This document shows, piece by piece, positions 51,307 through 59,428 of a DNA stretch of 64,000 bases; position 1 is the first letter of the stretch, and each line of letters opens with the position of its first letter. A model generated the notes under the pieces. It did no database searches. It saw only the letters and a program-made list of their open reading frames with translations, and was not told where the DNA came from. The position numbers were made by a program, and so were the translations under genes. The DNA comes from Borreliella garinii (GTDB lineage: Bacteria; Spirochaetota; Spirochaetia; JABEVK01): positions 3,170 to 67,169 of the forward strand of contig DYOB01000003.1 of the NCBI GenBank assembly GCA_020720765.1, given 5' to 3'.

Positions 51307-51680
51307 CGAATCTCTCCTTGATTTGTTAAAGGCGCTTCTAATTCCGCCAATTCAATTTTACCATCAATATCGTGAAAATACGTGGCGCGTAGGGATTTTT
51401 CACCCTCCTGGTCGGAGTAGGTCATCGTTAGACGGACCTGGAAACCCGCCACGACCTGAGATTCCACCTTCTGGACGGTTTTGAGAGTCCAGGAAGGGTG
51501 AGATTCTCTGACAAGGGTTTTTAAAAGCTCCAAATCCGAAAGGGCCGTGTCCCAAGTTAAAGGCTGTTCTGTCCAGCCTCCAACAAGGGTGTTTCCAGAA
51601 TCTGAAGGGGGGGCTACTGCGTCGTTTCCAACACAGCCAAAGAGTACAAAGACGTAAATGATATAAAGGGGGAACTTCAT
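51303..51680 (-). CDS. Cystatin-like lipoprotein, putative inhibitor of the downstream C1 peptidase
   Basis: 125 aa with a lipoprotein-type signal (VLFGC). N-terminal Gly-rich segment (LVGGW) and an exact canonical cystatin/stefin hairpin motif QVVAG (ESQVVAGFQVRL). Its stop overlaps the peptidase start by 4 nt. Confidence 0.5.
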   Translation of the reverse strand: MKFPLYIIYVFVLFGCVGNDAVAPPSDSGNTLVGGWTEQPLTWDTALSDLELLKTLVRESHPSWTLKTVQKVESQVVAGFQVRLTMTYSDQEGEKSLRATYFHDIDGKIELAELEAPLTNQGEIR

Positions 51681-51711
51681 TGCACCAGTATGGTCCCGTT
51701 CTTGTAAAATT

Positions 51712-51810
51712 TCAATAAAAGACGAGGGCCATATAAGGCAGGAAAACCAGGAAACTCAAGAAGGTAACGGGAGCAACCGCTCCAACGAGAGCAATGGTGG
51801 TCCTGTTCAT
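51712..51810 (-). CDS. Possible 32-aa hydrophobic micropeptide (MNRTTIALVGAVAPVTFLSFLVFLPYMALVFY)
   Basis: Hand-translated; a single predicted TM helix with no convincing RBS. Speculative. Confidence 0.2.
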   Translation of the reverse strand: MNRTTIALVGAVAPVTFLSFLVFLPYMALVFY

Positions 51811-51884
51811 ACGTAGACGGGGAAGTGTAACTGAGGCGATTCCTACTAAAGCTATAAGGGCTAGAATCTCGGAAAGGTGAAAAT

Positions 51885-52247
51885 CTATTGTTCGAGTTCC
51901 CTGTCCCAGCGGCTTATTCCGCCGAAGTCAACGACATTAGTATAGCCGGCCTGCTCTAAGGCATATTTCGCCTGGGAGCTTCTGTTTCCAGACCTGCAAT
52001 ACACGACAATAAGTTTTTCTTTATCCGTGGTGGGTATTTGGGTAAGAATTTCTGTGTGAGGTACGTTGAGAGAACCTGGAATCCTTCCGGTTTGGTATTC
52101 TCCCGGGGTTCTGACATCAACAAGGACGAAATCTTCATCCCTGAGAATCATCCCAGCAAGGTCTGCGGGCGTTAAATTCGTATTTGCTGTAATTGAACAA
52201 GAAAGGTTCGCTAAGACCAACAAACTTAAACCCAGAAGTTTATTCAT
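51885..52247 (-). CDS. Rhodanese-domain sulfurtransferase, secreted or periplasmic
   Basis: 120 aa with a signal peptide and the active-site loop CRSGNRS. Confidence 0.75.
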   Translation of the reverse strand: MNKLLGLSLLVLANLSCSITANTNLTPADLAGMILRDEDFVLVDVRTPGEYQTGRIPGSLNVPHTEILTQIPTTDKEKLIVVYCRSGNRSSQAKYALEQAGYTNVVDFGGISRWDRELEQ

Positions 52248-52303
52248 TATTTACCTTGTAGTTTTATGATGCTTGTTTTTTAACTTTAAGGCAACCGGCC
52301 AGA

Positions 52304-52867
52304 TCAATTAAGGCAGGGTTTTATTCCTGTAATAGCGGCGATGCTGTAAATACCGCCTAGTTTTTTGAGAAGAAATGTCCACAGATCGGACGGAGCCTCA
52401 TGAAAAATATCTTCGAGTTTTGCAGGAATAACCTTCCACGATTCCGAGTCAATTTCCGCTTCAAGCTGCCCGGCCCCCCAACCAGCGTACCCCGCAAAAA
52501 GCAGAACTTTTGGGCGTTCCAAAACATCAAGTTTAGGCCACGCATTTAAAAGATAATCACCGTGCGTTGAAAGGAAGGCGCCACCTTCCCAGGAGGAATT
52601 CGCCGAAAAGGATTCGTTGATGATAAAGAGCCGGTTGGGTTCAACGGGTCCACCGATTCGCAGTGGAATTTTTCCAGCTTCGGTCCCGAGAAAACCTGGC
52701 ACAGCCTGATCAAGGGTTGCAGAGATGGGGCGGTTGATAACGAGGCCAACCGCTCCTTCTTTATCATGGGAAAGTAAAAGAACTACAGTTCTAAAAAAAT
52801 TAGGGTCGTCCAAGGCTGGTTCGGCGAGTAAAAACTGACCTGTAAGGTTCTGTTCCCCTTCCATCAT
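52304..52867 (-). CDS. YqgE/AlgH family protein (UPF0301)
   Basis: 187 aa with the N-terminal LLAEPALDDPNFFRTVVLLLSHDKEGAVGLVINRP pattern. Confidence 0.75.
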   Translation of the reverse strand: MMEGEQNLTGQFLLAEPALDDPNFFRTVVLLLSHDKEGAVGLVINRPISATLDQAVPGFLGTEAGKIPLRIGGPVEPNRLFIINESFSANSSWEGGAFLSTHGDYLLNAWPKLDVLERPKVLLFAGYAGWGAGQLEAEIDSESWKVIPAKLEDIFHEAPSDLWTFLLKKLGGIYSIAAITGIKPCLN

Positions 52868-52882
52868 TGTTCCTTTCGAGAA

Positions 52883-53977
52883 TTAAAGTGAACGACGCTT
52901 TCTTACAGCTTCGGCTAAAGTTTGTATCACGGGCACGGTTTCATCCCAACTCAGGCAGGCGTCAGTAATGCTTACCCCGTATTTGAGGGTTTCGAGAGGG
53001 CCTTCTTTTTGATTGCCCCCTATGAGATGGCTTTCAAGCATCACACCAAAAACATTTTTACCGCCTTCAGAAATTTGACGCGCTATTTCCTGTGCTGCAA
53101 CTGGTTGGAGAGTGTGGTCTTTTTTACTGTTTCCGTGACTGCAGTCCACCATGACCCTGGCGGGAAGTTTGGCGTCTTCGAGTGCGCGGACGGTACTTTC
53201 AACGCTGGCCTGGTCGTAATTCACAGAATTTCCTGCTCCGCGTAGGATTATATGACAGTGGTTATTTCCCTTGGTATGGACAATGGCAGCGATTCCCTGC
53301 TTGGTTACACTGAGAAAATGATGGGGTATAGCGGCGGCGTGAATTGCATCAACGGCGATTTTAATGTTTCCATCCGTGCCATTTTTAAAACCTATCGTAG
53401 CGCTCATACCGCTTGCTAGTTCACGGTGAATTTGGCTTTCGGTTGTTCGTGCGCCTATTGCTCCCCAGGTTATTGTGTCTGCAATAAATTGAGGGGTGAT
53501 GGTATCCAGAAATTCACAGGCGGCAGGAAGTTCGAGAGCAGCCAAATCTACAAGAAGTTTCCGCGCCATTCTGAGCCCGATATTGATTTGAAAGCTATTA
53601 TCTAAAAAGGGATCGTTGATCAAACCCTTCCAGCCGTGCCGGCTTCTGGGCTTTTCAAAATACACCCGCATAAGGATTTCAACGTCTTTTTGAAGAGAAA
53701 CCCTTAAAGCCGCAAGTTTTTTAGCGTACTCGTGTGCGGCCTTTAAATCATGGATACTGCACGGGCCGACTATGATGAGGAGTCTGTCATCCTTACCAGT
53801 GAGAATATGTTCAACATTTTTTCTGCTTTCAGCGACGAATTTTTCACCCTTGCTGGTCAGGGGGATTTCTTCCATCAAAATAGCCGGGGGAATAAGAGGC
53901 TTAAGTTCCTGGATGCGGAGGTCGTCGGTTTGATAGGGCATGACTAGCAGAATAAGGAAAAACACCAAAAGGGACAA
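52883..53977 (-). CDS. aroG: 3-deoxy-7-phosphoheptulonate (DAHP) synthase, class I
   Basis: 364 aa. LLIIVGPCSIHD and KPRS/GWKG blocks typical of AroF/G/H. Confidence 0.85.
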   Translation of the reverse strand: MSLLVFFLILLVMPYQTDDLRIQELKPLIPPAILMEEIPLTSKGEKFVAESRKNVEHILTGKDDRLLIIVGPCSIHDLKAAHEYAKKLAALRVSLQKDVEILMRVYFEKPRSRHGWKGLINDPFLDNSFQINIGLRMARKLLVDLAALELPAACEFLDTITPQFIADTITWGAIGARTTESQIHRELASGMSATIGFKNGTDGNIKIAVDAIHAAAIPHHFLSVTKQGIAAIVHTKGNNHCHIILRGAGNSVNYDQASVESTVRALEDAKLPARVMVDCSHGNSKKDHTLQPVAAQEIARQISEGGKNVFGVMLESHLIGGNQKEGPLETLKYGVSITDACLSWDETVPVIQTLAEAVRKRRSL

Positions 53978-54039
53978 GAAGGTGGCTTAAAAAGAATGCT
54001 TTTCGGCAAGAATCTGGTATAATGACTTTGGAGGCTTCT

Positions 54040-54930
54040 ATGAAACAGATCGCAATGGCGGGGTTCCTGGTAATTTTATCGGGAAGTATTTTTTCCCAAT
54101 CCCCTGACGGGTCTTCCCCCGGTATCGGCGGCATTCCAAGGCTGGAAGCCGACCCGTATTACTTCGCAACAGGTTTCGAGTTCGGAGAGGCGAACGACAC
54201 GTATAAAAACCAGATAAAATTTGAGGTTGGTTTAAAATATAATGCTCTCGGTTTTAATGCAGGACCTGTACCTGTGGATTTTTTATTGCTCTATTACCAA
54301 ACATCTTTTTTTCATATTTATGACCTTACCGACAGCCAGCCAATGTACGATCATCGATACAATTTTGCTACAACTATCAGGATTCGTTTCGACCAGATCG
54401 TCCCATACGAGCTTTTTTCAGGAATCAGGTTAACGCCCTTTCACCACGAATCCAACGGCGGTGATTTGCTTTCTTCACGGGGCTGGGATCGTGCTACGGT
54501 TGCTTTTGATTTTGGGTCGGTAACCAGAGGCTTTTTTGCATTAAGTCTTTTTGTGAATGCGTATGTTTACCGTTTGGATGACGCTAATACCGACTTGCAT
54601 AAATACCTTGGCATAGGCGGAGCGACAGCTACTTTAAATATTCTGAAACTCTTAAGTCTAGGGGACCAGGGACTTTGGGATCTATACTCTTTCGGGGACG
54701 CCACGGTCAGGGCAACTTGGGTTTTTGCCGAAGAAAATTTATCGAATATAAAACTCGAAGTTTTTTATAACCCCATAACCACCTATTTTAAATATTTTGA
54801 AAGAAAAAACCCCAATGGCATCTGGTCTCCCAGTCTGTATTTTCAATGGTTTTACGGCAAAGGTGAAAACCTTCGAGACTACAAAGACGTTCATAATGTG
54901 GTAAGGGTGGGGCTTGCAACGGTTTTATGA
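54040..54930 (+). CDS. pldA: Outer membrane phospholipase A1 (OMPLA)-like protein
   Basis: Signal peptide MKQIAMAGFLVILSGSIFSQ. Active-site region FHHESNGGDLLSSRGWDR matches the OMPLA HxSNG...SRSWNR block. About 296 aa. Confidence 0.6.
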   Translation: MKQIAMAGFLVILSGSIFSQSPDGSSPGIGGIPRLEADPYYFATGFEFGEANDTYKNQIKFEVGLKYNALGFNAGPVPVDFLLLYYQTSFFHIYDLTDSQPMYDHRYNFATTIRIRFDQIVPYELFSGIRLTPFHHESNGGDLLSSRGWDRATVAFDFGSVTRGFFALSLFVNAYVYRLDDANTDLHKYLGIGGATATLNILKLLSLGDQGLWDLYSFGDATVRATWVFAEENLSNIKLEVFYNPITTYFKYFERKNPNGIWSPSLYFQWFYGKGENLRDYKDVHNVVRVGLATVL

Positions 54931-55691
54931 AACAAAATGAACTCTCAGAGTTGATGGTTTTTGCAAAAGAACTCGCCGTGCTGGGGGGTAAAAAAACCCT
55001 CCAGTATTTCCGCACGGAATTTTCTGTGGAATCAAAAGCCGATGAAAGTCCCGTCACAATAGCAGACAAAGAAACCGAACTCCTTATGAGGGCTGAAATA
55101 GAGGAACGTTTCCCCGACCACGGAATTCTTGGTGAAGAGTTCGGAGAAAAAGACGGTGCGGGTGAGTATACATGGATCATCGACCCTATAGACGGTACAA
55201 AATCCTTTATCCACGGTATTCCGCTTTACACCGTCCTTGTCGCACTCATGCACAAAGGCAAGCCGATAATCGGTGTTATTCACAACCCATTCCTTGAAGA
55301 AACCGTATGGGCAGCGACGGGGCTGGGGTGTTTTTATAACGGAAAATCCTCGAAAATCCGCCAGTCGTCGACGCTTGAACACGCCTGGGTACATATAACC
55401 GACCCCGCGGACCTCCTTCGCCGCTGGCCCTCTTCTCAGGAATTACTTCAAAAAGCAAAATATGTAAGGACTTGGGGTGACGGGTACGGCTACTTGCTAG
55501 TAGCCAGCGGCAGGGCTGATTTAATGATAGATGCGAAAATGAATCTCTGGGACATCGCTTGCTTAGTCCCCGTTATCGAAGAAGCCGGAGGTGTGATCTG
55601 GGATCTTCACGGAAATCCGGGTTTAGGTGATTCGAGCATAGCCGGCGGCGAAGGTCTTGTTAGAACGGTTATTGCGACTTTAAAGCGATGA
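54927..55691 (+). CDS. Inositol monophosphatase family protein (IMPase / HisN-like)
   Basis: 254 aa with metal-binding motifs EE..., WIIDPIDGTKSFIHG and WDIAC. Confidence 0.8.
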   Translation: MKQNELSELMVFAKELAVLGGKKTLQYFRTEFSVESKADESPVTIADKETELLMRAEIEERFPDHGILGEEFGEKDGAGEYTWIIDPIDGTKSFIHGIPLYTVLVALMHKGKPIIGVIHNPFLEETVWAATGLGCFYNGKSSKIRQSSTLEHAWVHITDPADLLRRWPSSQELLQKAKYVRTWGDGYGYLLVASGRADLMIDAKMNLWDIACLVPVIEEAGGVIWDLHGNPGLGDSSIAGGEGLVRTVIATLKR

Positions 55692-56521
55692 CGGGATTAT
55701 TTTTTTCCCTTAATGGAGTTCTGGTCCCGGTAAATGAAGCCAAGGTTGCCTGGGACGACATCGAGGTAACTTACGGTTATGGGGTGTATGAGACTCTTAA
55801 AGTGAGAAAGGGGCGTGTGTATTTTCCGGAAATGCACGAAGAAAGACTGTTTCACAGCGCGAAACTTGTTGATGTCGACCACCCTTGGAAAAATGGGGAT
55901 GTGCAACAGTATTTGGAAAATCTTATCCTCGCAAACCAAGCCATGGATGCCAACCTGAAAGTTCTTCTTTACGGCGGGTGTACCCAAGAAACAGCTCGGC
56001 TCGTCATTATTCAGCTGGCCCCTTTATTCCCCGATAGGAAGCTGTACCGGGACGGGGCTGCGGCTATAACCTGGGAAGGTGAAAGATGGCTGCCCAGGGC
56101 AAAAAGCCTCAATATGCTCCAAAGTTCCATGGCCTTTAATGCCGCACAGAAAGCAGGTGCTTACGATGCACTCTTTGTCAACCGAAACAGCGAAATTACG
56201 GAAGGAACGAGAACGAATTTTTGGTTTACGGATAACCAAAAACTTTACACCCCGCCCGAGGAGGAGGTCCTTGAGGGGGTGACACAGCTAACGGTTATAA
56301 CCTGTGCGAGGGAAGCCGGGATAGAAGTTGTTCGAAAACCTTTTCCTCTAAAGGCTGCTGGAGACTGGGACGGGCTTTTTCTTACGAGTACAAGCACGAA
56401 AATTATGCCGCTTAAAGCTGTAGACACACGGGTTTTTGAGATTCCCCAACTCGTCTTAAAAATGGAAAAACTTTACGATGAATGGCTCAAAAACTGGACA
56501 GATAAAACTTATCATATTTAA
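55688..56521 (+). CDS. Class IV aminotransferase (BCAT/D-amino-acid aminotransferase/ADC lyase family)
   Basis: 277 aa with fold-type IV PLP enzyme composition. Overlaps the upstream gene by 4 nt. Confidence 0.65.
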   Translation: MTGLFFSLNGVLVPVNEAKVAWDDIEVTYGYGVYETLKVRKGRVYFPEMHEERLFHSAKLVDVDHPWKNGDVQQYLENLILANQAMDANLKVLLYGGCTQETARLVIIQLAPLFPDRKLYRDGAAAITWEGERWLPRAKSLNMLQSSMAFNAAQKAGAYDALFVNRNSEITEGTRTNFWFTDNQKLYTPPEEEVLEGVTQLTVITCAREAGIEVVRKPFPLKAAGDWDGLFLTSTSTKIMPLKAVDTRVFEIPQLVLKMEKLYDEWLKNWTDKTYHI

Positions 56522-56579
56522 CAGTAACCTCACGGTATTTTTATATTGGTGCGGTACCTTGTGCCCAAGGAGGACTGCA

Positions 56580-56801
56580 ATGTCACAGGTAAATGTATCG
56601 GCTAGGAACCACGTTTTTCCAGGTCAGGTGATTTCGATGACCCGGGAAGGCGCGATTCTTCATTTTTCTGATGAGACCCCGTCCCTTCAAACCGGGGAGA
56701 TGATGATCGTCACACATCATACCGGCGTACGCGAAGGGAAGGTCATATTTATGGAAGAGCACCCTGCAGCTCGCCGTTTGCACGTTCGATTCAAGAGCTA
56801 A
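56580..56801 (+). CDS. Small hypothetical protein (73 aa)
   Basis: ATG preceded by AGGAGG; MSQVNVSARNHVFPGQVISMTREGAILHF... The listed ORF start at 56478 is probably an over-extension. Confidence 0.35.
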   Translation: MSQVNVSARNHVFPGQVISMTREGAILHFSDETPSLQTGEMMIVTHHTGVREGKVIFMEEHPAARRLHVRFKS

Positions 56802-58843
56802 CGGAGCTCTCCTCGAAAAAGATTGTACTCCCGCAGGGTTTTTTCCCACTCACCCTGCGGGTCGGATTTCATGAGTTCCAACAAACTGTTGCGCACCGAA
56901 AAAAGCACATCACCGTCCTTTGAAAGATCTGCCGCCCTGAGTTTTAAAGCCCCCGCCTGTCTATTCCCTAAAACTTCACCGGGACCGCGAAGGTGTAGGT
57001 CTTCTTCCGCTATTTGAAAACCATCAGAGGTCGAACGCAGGATTTTTAACCTGTCCTTGGCTGTCTCGGTGAGAGTGTCAGCGTAAACAAGAAAACAAAA
57101 GCCTGGAATCGTTCCCCTTCCTACCCGTCCGCGGAGCTGGTGAAGGGCCGAAAGCCCGAAAATTTCGCTATGGACTATGGTTATGCACGTGGCATTTGGG
57201 ACATCAACACCGACTTCAACGACGCTAGTGGCACAGAGAATGTGCGTTTTCCCTTCCGCAAAAGAGTGCATGGCCTCGAGCTTATCCTCATCCCTCATTT
57301 TTCCATGAATCGAACCAACCGAAACCGCTGGAAACGCTGATTTGATTTCCTCCACCGCCTTCGTCAAATGCATGAGCGCGCGTTTTTCTGATTCCTCGAT
57401 AATAGGAAAGATGAAATACGCCTGGTGGCCTTGTTCCAATTGTTTTGAAACAAATTCATAGACCCTTTCCAAATGGCTCTGCAAACTTAAATAGGTGGTA
57501 ATCGGGGTTCTACCCGGGGGCAGTTCGGTGAGTGTTGAAACGTCGAGGTCGCCAAAGACCGAAAGGGCCAGCGAACGTGGAATGGGTGTTGCGCTCATCA
57601 TCAGGAGATGGATCCCCTTACCCTTTTGGAGGAGTTTCTCCCTCTGCTGAACACCGAAACGCTGTTGTTCATCGACTATCACATAACACAGGTTTTTCCA
57701 AACCAAGTCTTCCGATAAAAGTGCGTGGGTGCCGAAGACAAACTGAAGGGAGCCGTTTTGCAAGTTTTTTTGAAATTCCGCACGGTCGCGGGATGTTACA
57801 GAGGCGGTCAGAAATCCTAACTTTACCCCTGCCGGAGCAAGGTACTTATAGGCGTTCTCAGCGTGCTGGTGGGCCAAAAGTTCCGTCGGAGCTAAAAAAG
57901 CTACCTGCGCCCCGGCTTCAATAAGGGGTAAGGCTGTCAGGAAAGCAATAAGGGTTTTTCCGGATCCCACATCTCCTTGGAGGAGCCTATTCATGGTTCT
58001 TCCACTTTCAAGGTCCTGGAGAATTTCTTCACACGAATTTTTTTGGGAGGAGGTAAGAGGAAAGGGAAGAAGAGAAAGTGCTTTTTGATAAAGGCCTCTG
58101 GGGAGAGTGCTGGCTGTTGTTGTTTTAGAGACCCTGTCCTTTTTTCTTAAAAGCATCACCCCAGTGAGAAAATACAATTCACGCCAAACTAGCGCCTTTC
58201 GGGCGGTTTCGGCAAATTCCAGGTTTTCAGGTTGGTGTACAGCCCTGAAAAGTGAGTGCCAGGTTTGAAGGTTCAAGGTTTCTCGGATATCGGCCGGGAT
58301 CTCTTCTGTAAGATCCTTCGTCATCGCAACCGCTTGTTCGACGGCCCGTCTGACCTGGGTTTGTTTAAGGCCCGCTGTTAAAGGGTAGATGCCCAGCACT
58401 TTTCCCAGGTTCGGGGGTTGTGGTTTGTCTGAAGTCAGGGGTAGAAGTTCAAACTGGCTGGACTGAAGCTCCTGATACCGCCAGCTGACAGGACCGAAGT
58501 AATGACCCTTAGCACCAACGGGGAACTGGGTTTTATAAAAATCCCTGTTAAAACACATTAGGCTCAATTCGGTTCCTTCATGATCTTCAACAACCATCTT
58601 CAAAGTAGAAAGGTTTTTTCCTATCCATTCATGGCTTTTTACTGTGATGGTACATAAGGCCGCTGTTTCATTCGAAGAGGCGCTCTGAAAGCTGGTAACT
58701 TTTCTTCTATCTTCGTAGTCCCGGGGGAGAAAAAATAGAAGATCGAGTACGCTGATAACACCAAGATTGGAAAACAATTGTATTCCGGCGGGGCCGATTC
58801 CCTTGAGCTTGGAAAGCGGGAGTTGAATTTCTGAAAGGTACAT
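56798..58843 (-). CDS. recG: ATP-dependent DNA helicase RecG
   Basis: 681 aa with a wedge domain and SF2 helicase motifs (GDVGSGKT, DEQQRFGV, TATPIPR). Confidence 0.9.
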   Translation of the reverse strand: MYLSEIQLPLSKLKGIGPAGIQLFSNLGVISVLDLLFFLPRDYEDRRKVTSFQSASSNETAALCTITVKSHEWIGKNLSTLKMVVEDHEGTELSLMCFNRDFYKTQFPVGAKGHYFGPVSWRYQELQSSQFELLPLTSDKPQPPNLGKVLGIYPLTAGLKQTQVRRAVEQAVAMTKDLTEEIPADIRETLNLQTWHSLFRAVHQPENLEFAETARKALVWRELYFLTGVMLLRKKDRVSKTTTASTLPRGLYQKALSLLPFPLTSSQKNSCEEILQDLESGRTMNRLLQGDVGSGKTLIAFLTALPLIEAGAQVAFLAPTELLAHQHAENAYKYLAPAGVKLGFLTASVTSRDRAEFQKNLQNGSLQFVFGTHALLSEDLVWKNLCYVIVDEQQRFGVQQREKLLQKGKGIHLLMMSATPIPRSLALSVFGDLDVSTLTELPPGRTPITTYLSLQSHLERVYEFVSKQLEQGHQAYFIFPIIEESEKRALMHLTKAVEEIKSAFPAVSVGSIHGKMRDEDKLEAMHSFAEGKTHILCATSVVEVGVDVPNATCITIVHSEIFGLSALHQLRGRVGRGTIPGFCFLVYADTLTETAKDRLKILRSTSDGFQIAEEDLHLRGPGEVLGNRQAGALKLRAADLSKDGDVLFSVRNSLLELMKSDPQGEWEKTLREYNLFRGELR

Positions 58844-59409
58844 CAGTAAAGCACGCGTGAAAGGAGACGAAAACCGAATTCACCCCCGAAGTAGATCAGA
58901 ATCCCCAGCAAGGCAAAAATAATCAAACCGGTTCTATAGGTGAGAAAGCCCTTTCTGAGAATCATACCGATTCTGGAAACAGGGGGCATAAGGAGTTGGT
59001 CTATGAAGTGCCAGATAGGGGCATTTCTAAAAGCGGGGAAAGCAAATCCCAAAAGGCGAGCCAGAGATAAAATGATAAACAAGCCTAGCATAAAGCTTAT
59101 AAACGACCAGATCATTCCCAGGATAAAATACGCAATTCCCCCCACGGTAGGAATTGAACCTATGCGGAAATACATCAGAATATAGACCAGGAGATTGAGT
59201 ACTAGGAATGCAGCCAGCGGGCTAAAATCCATTTGCTTGGTTCTTAAAAAGGAGAGTCCCCTGAAAAGATTGAGATAGGGATCAACAATGTTATTCAGAA
59301 AGGTTACCCCTTCATGGCGCAAACCCGTCCACCCTAGGATGATGCGGATAACAATAAGAAAGAGATAAATTTGTATCAGGGCGATAGCAGCGCCGATTAT
59401 CGTTGCCAA
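58843..59409 (-). CDS. YggT family membrane protein (tandem YggT repeats)
   Basis: 188 aa, about four TM segments, two YggT-like halves. Confidence 0.55.
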   Translation of the reverse strand: MATIIGAAIALIQIYLFLIVIRIILGWTGLRHEGVTFLNNIVDPYLNLFRGLSFLRTKQMDFSPLAAFLVLNLLVYILMYFRIGSIPTVGGIAYFILGMIWSFISFMLGLFIILSLARLLGFAFPAFRNAPIWHFIDQLLMPPVSRIGMILRKGFLTYRTGLIIFALLGILIYFGGEFGFRLLSRVLY

Positions 59410-59428
59410 GGTTTCCTCCTATTGTATT

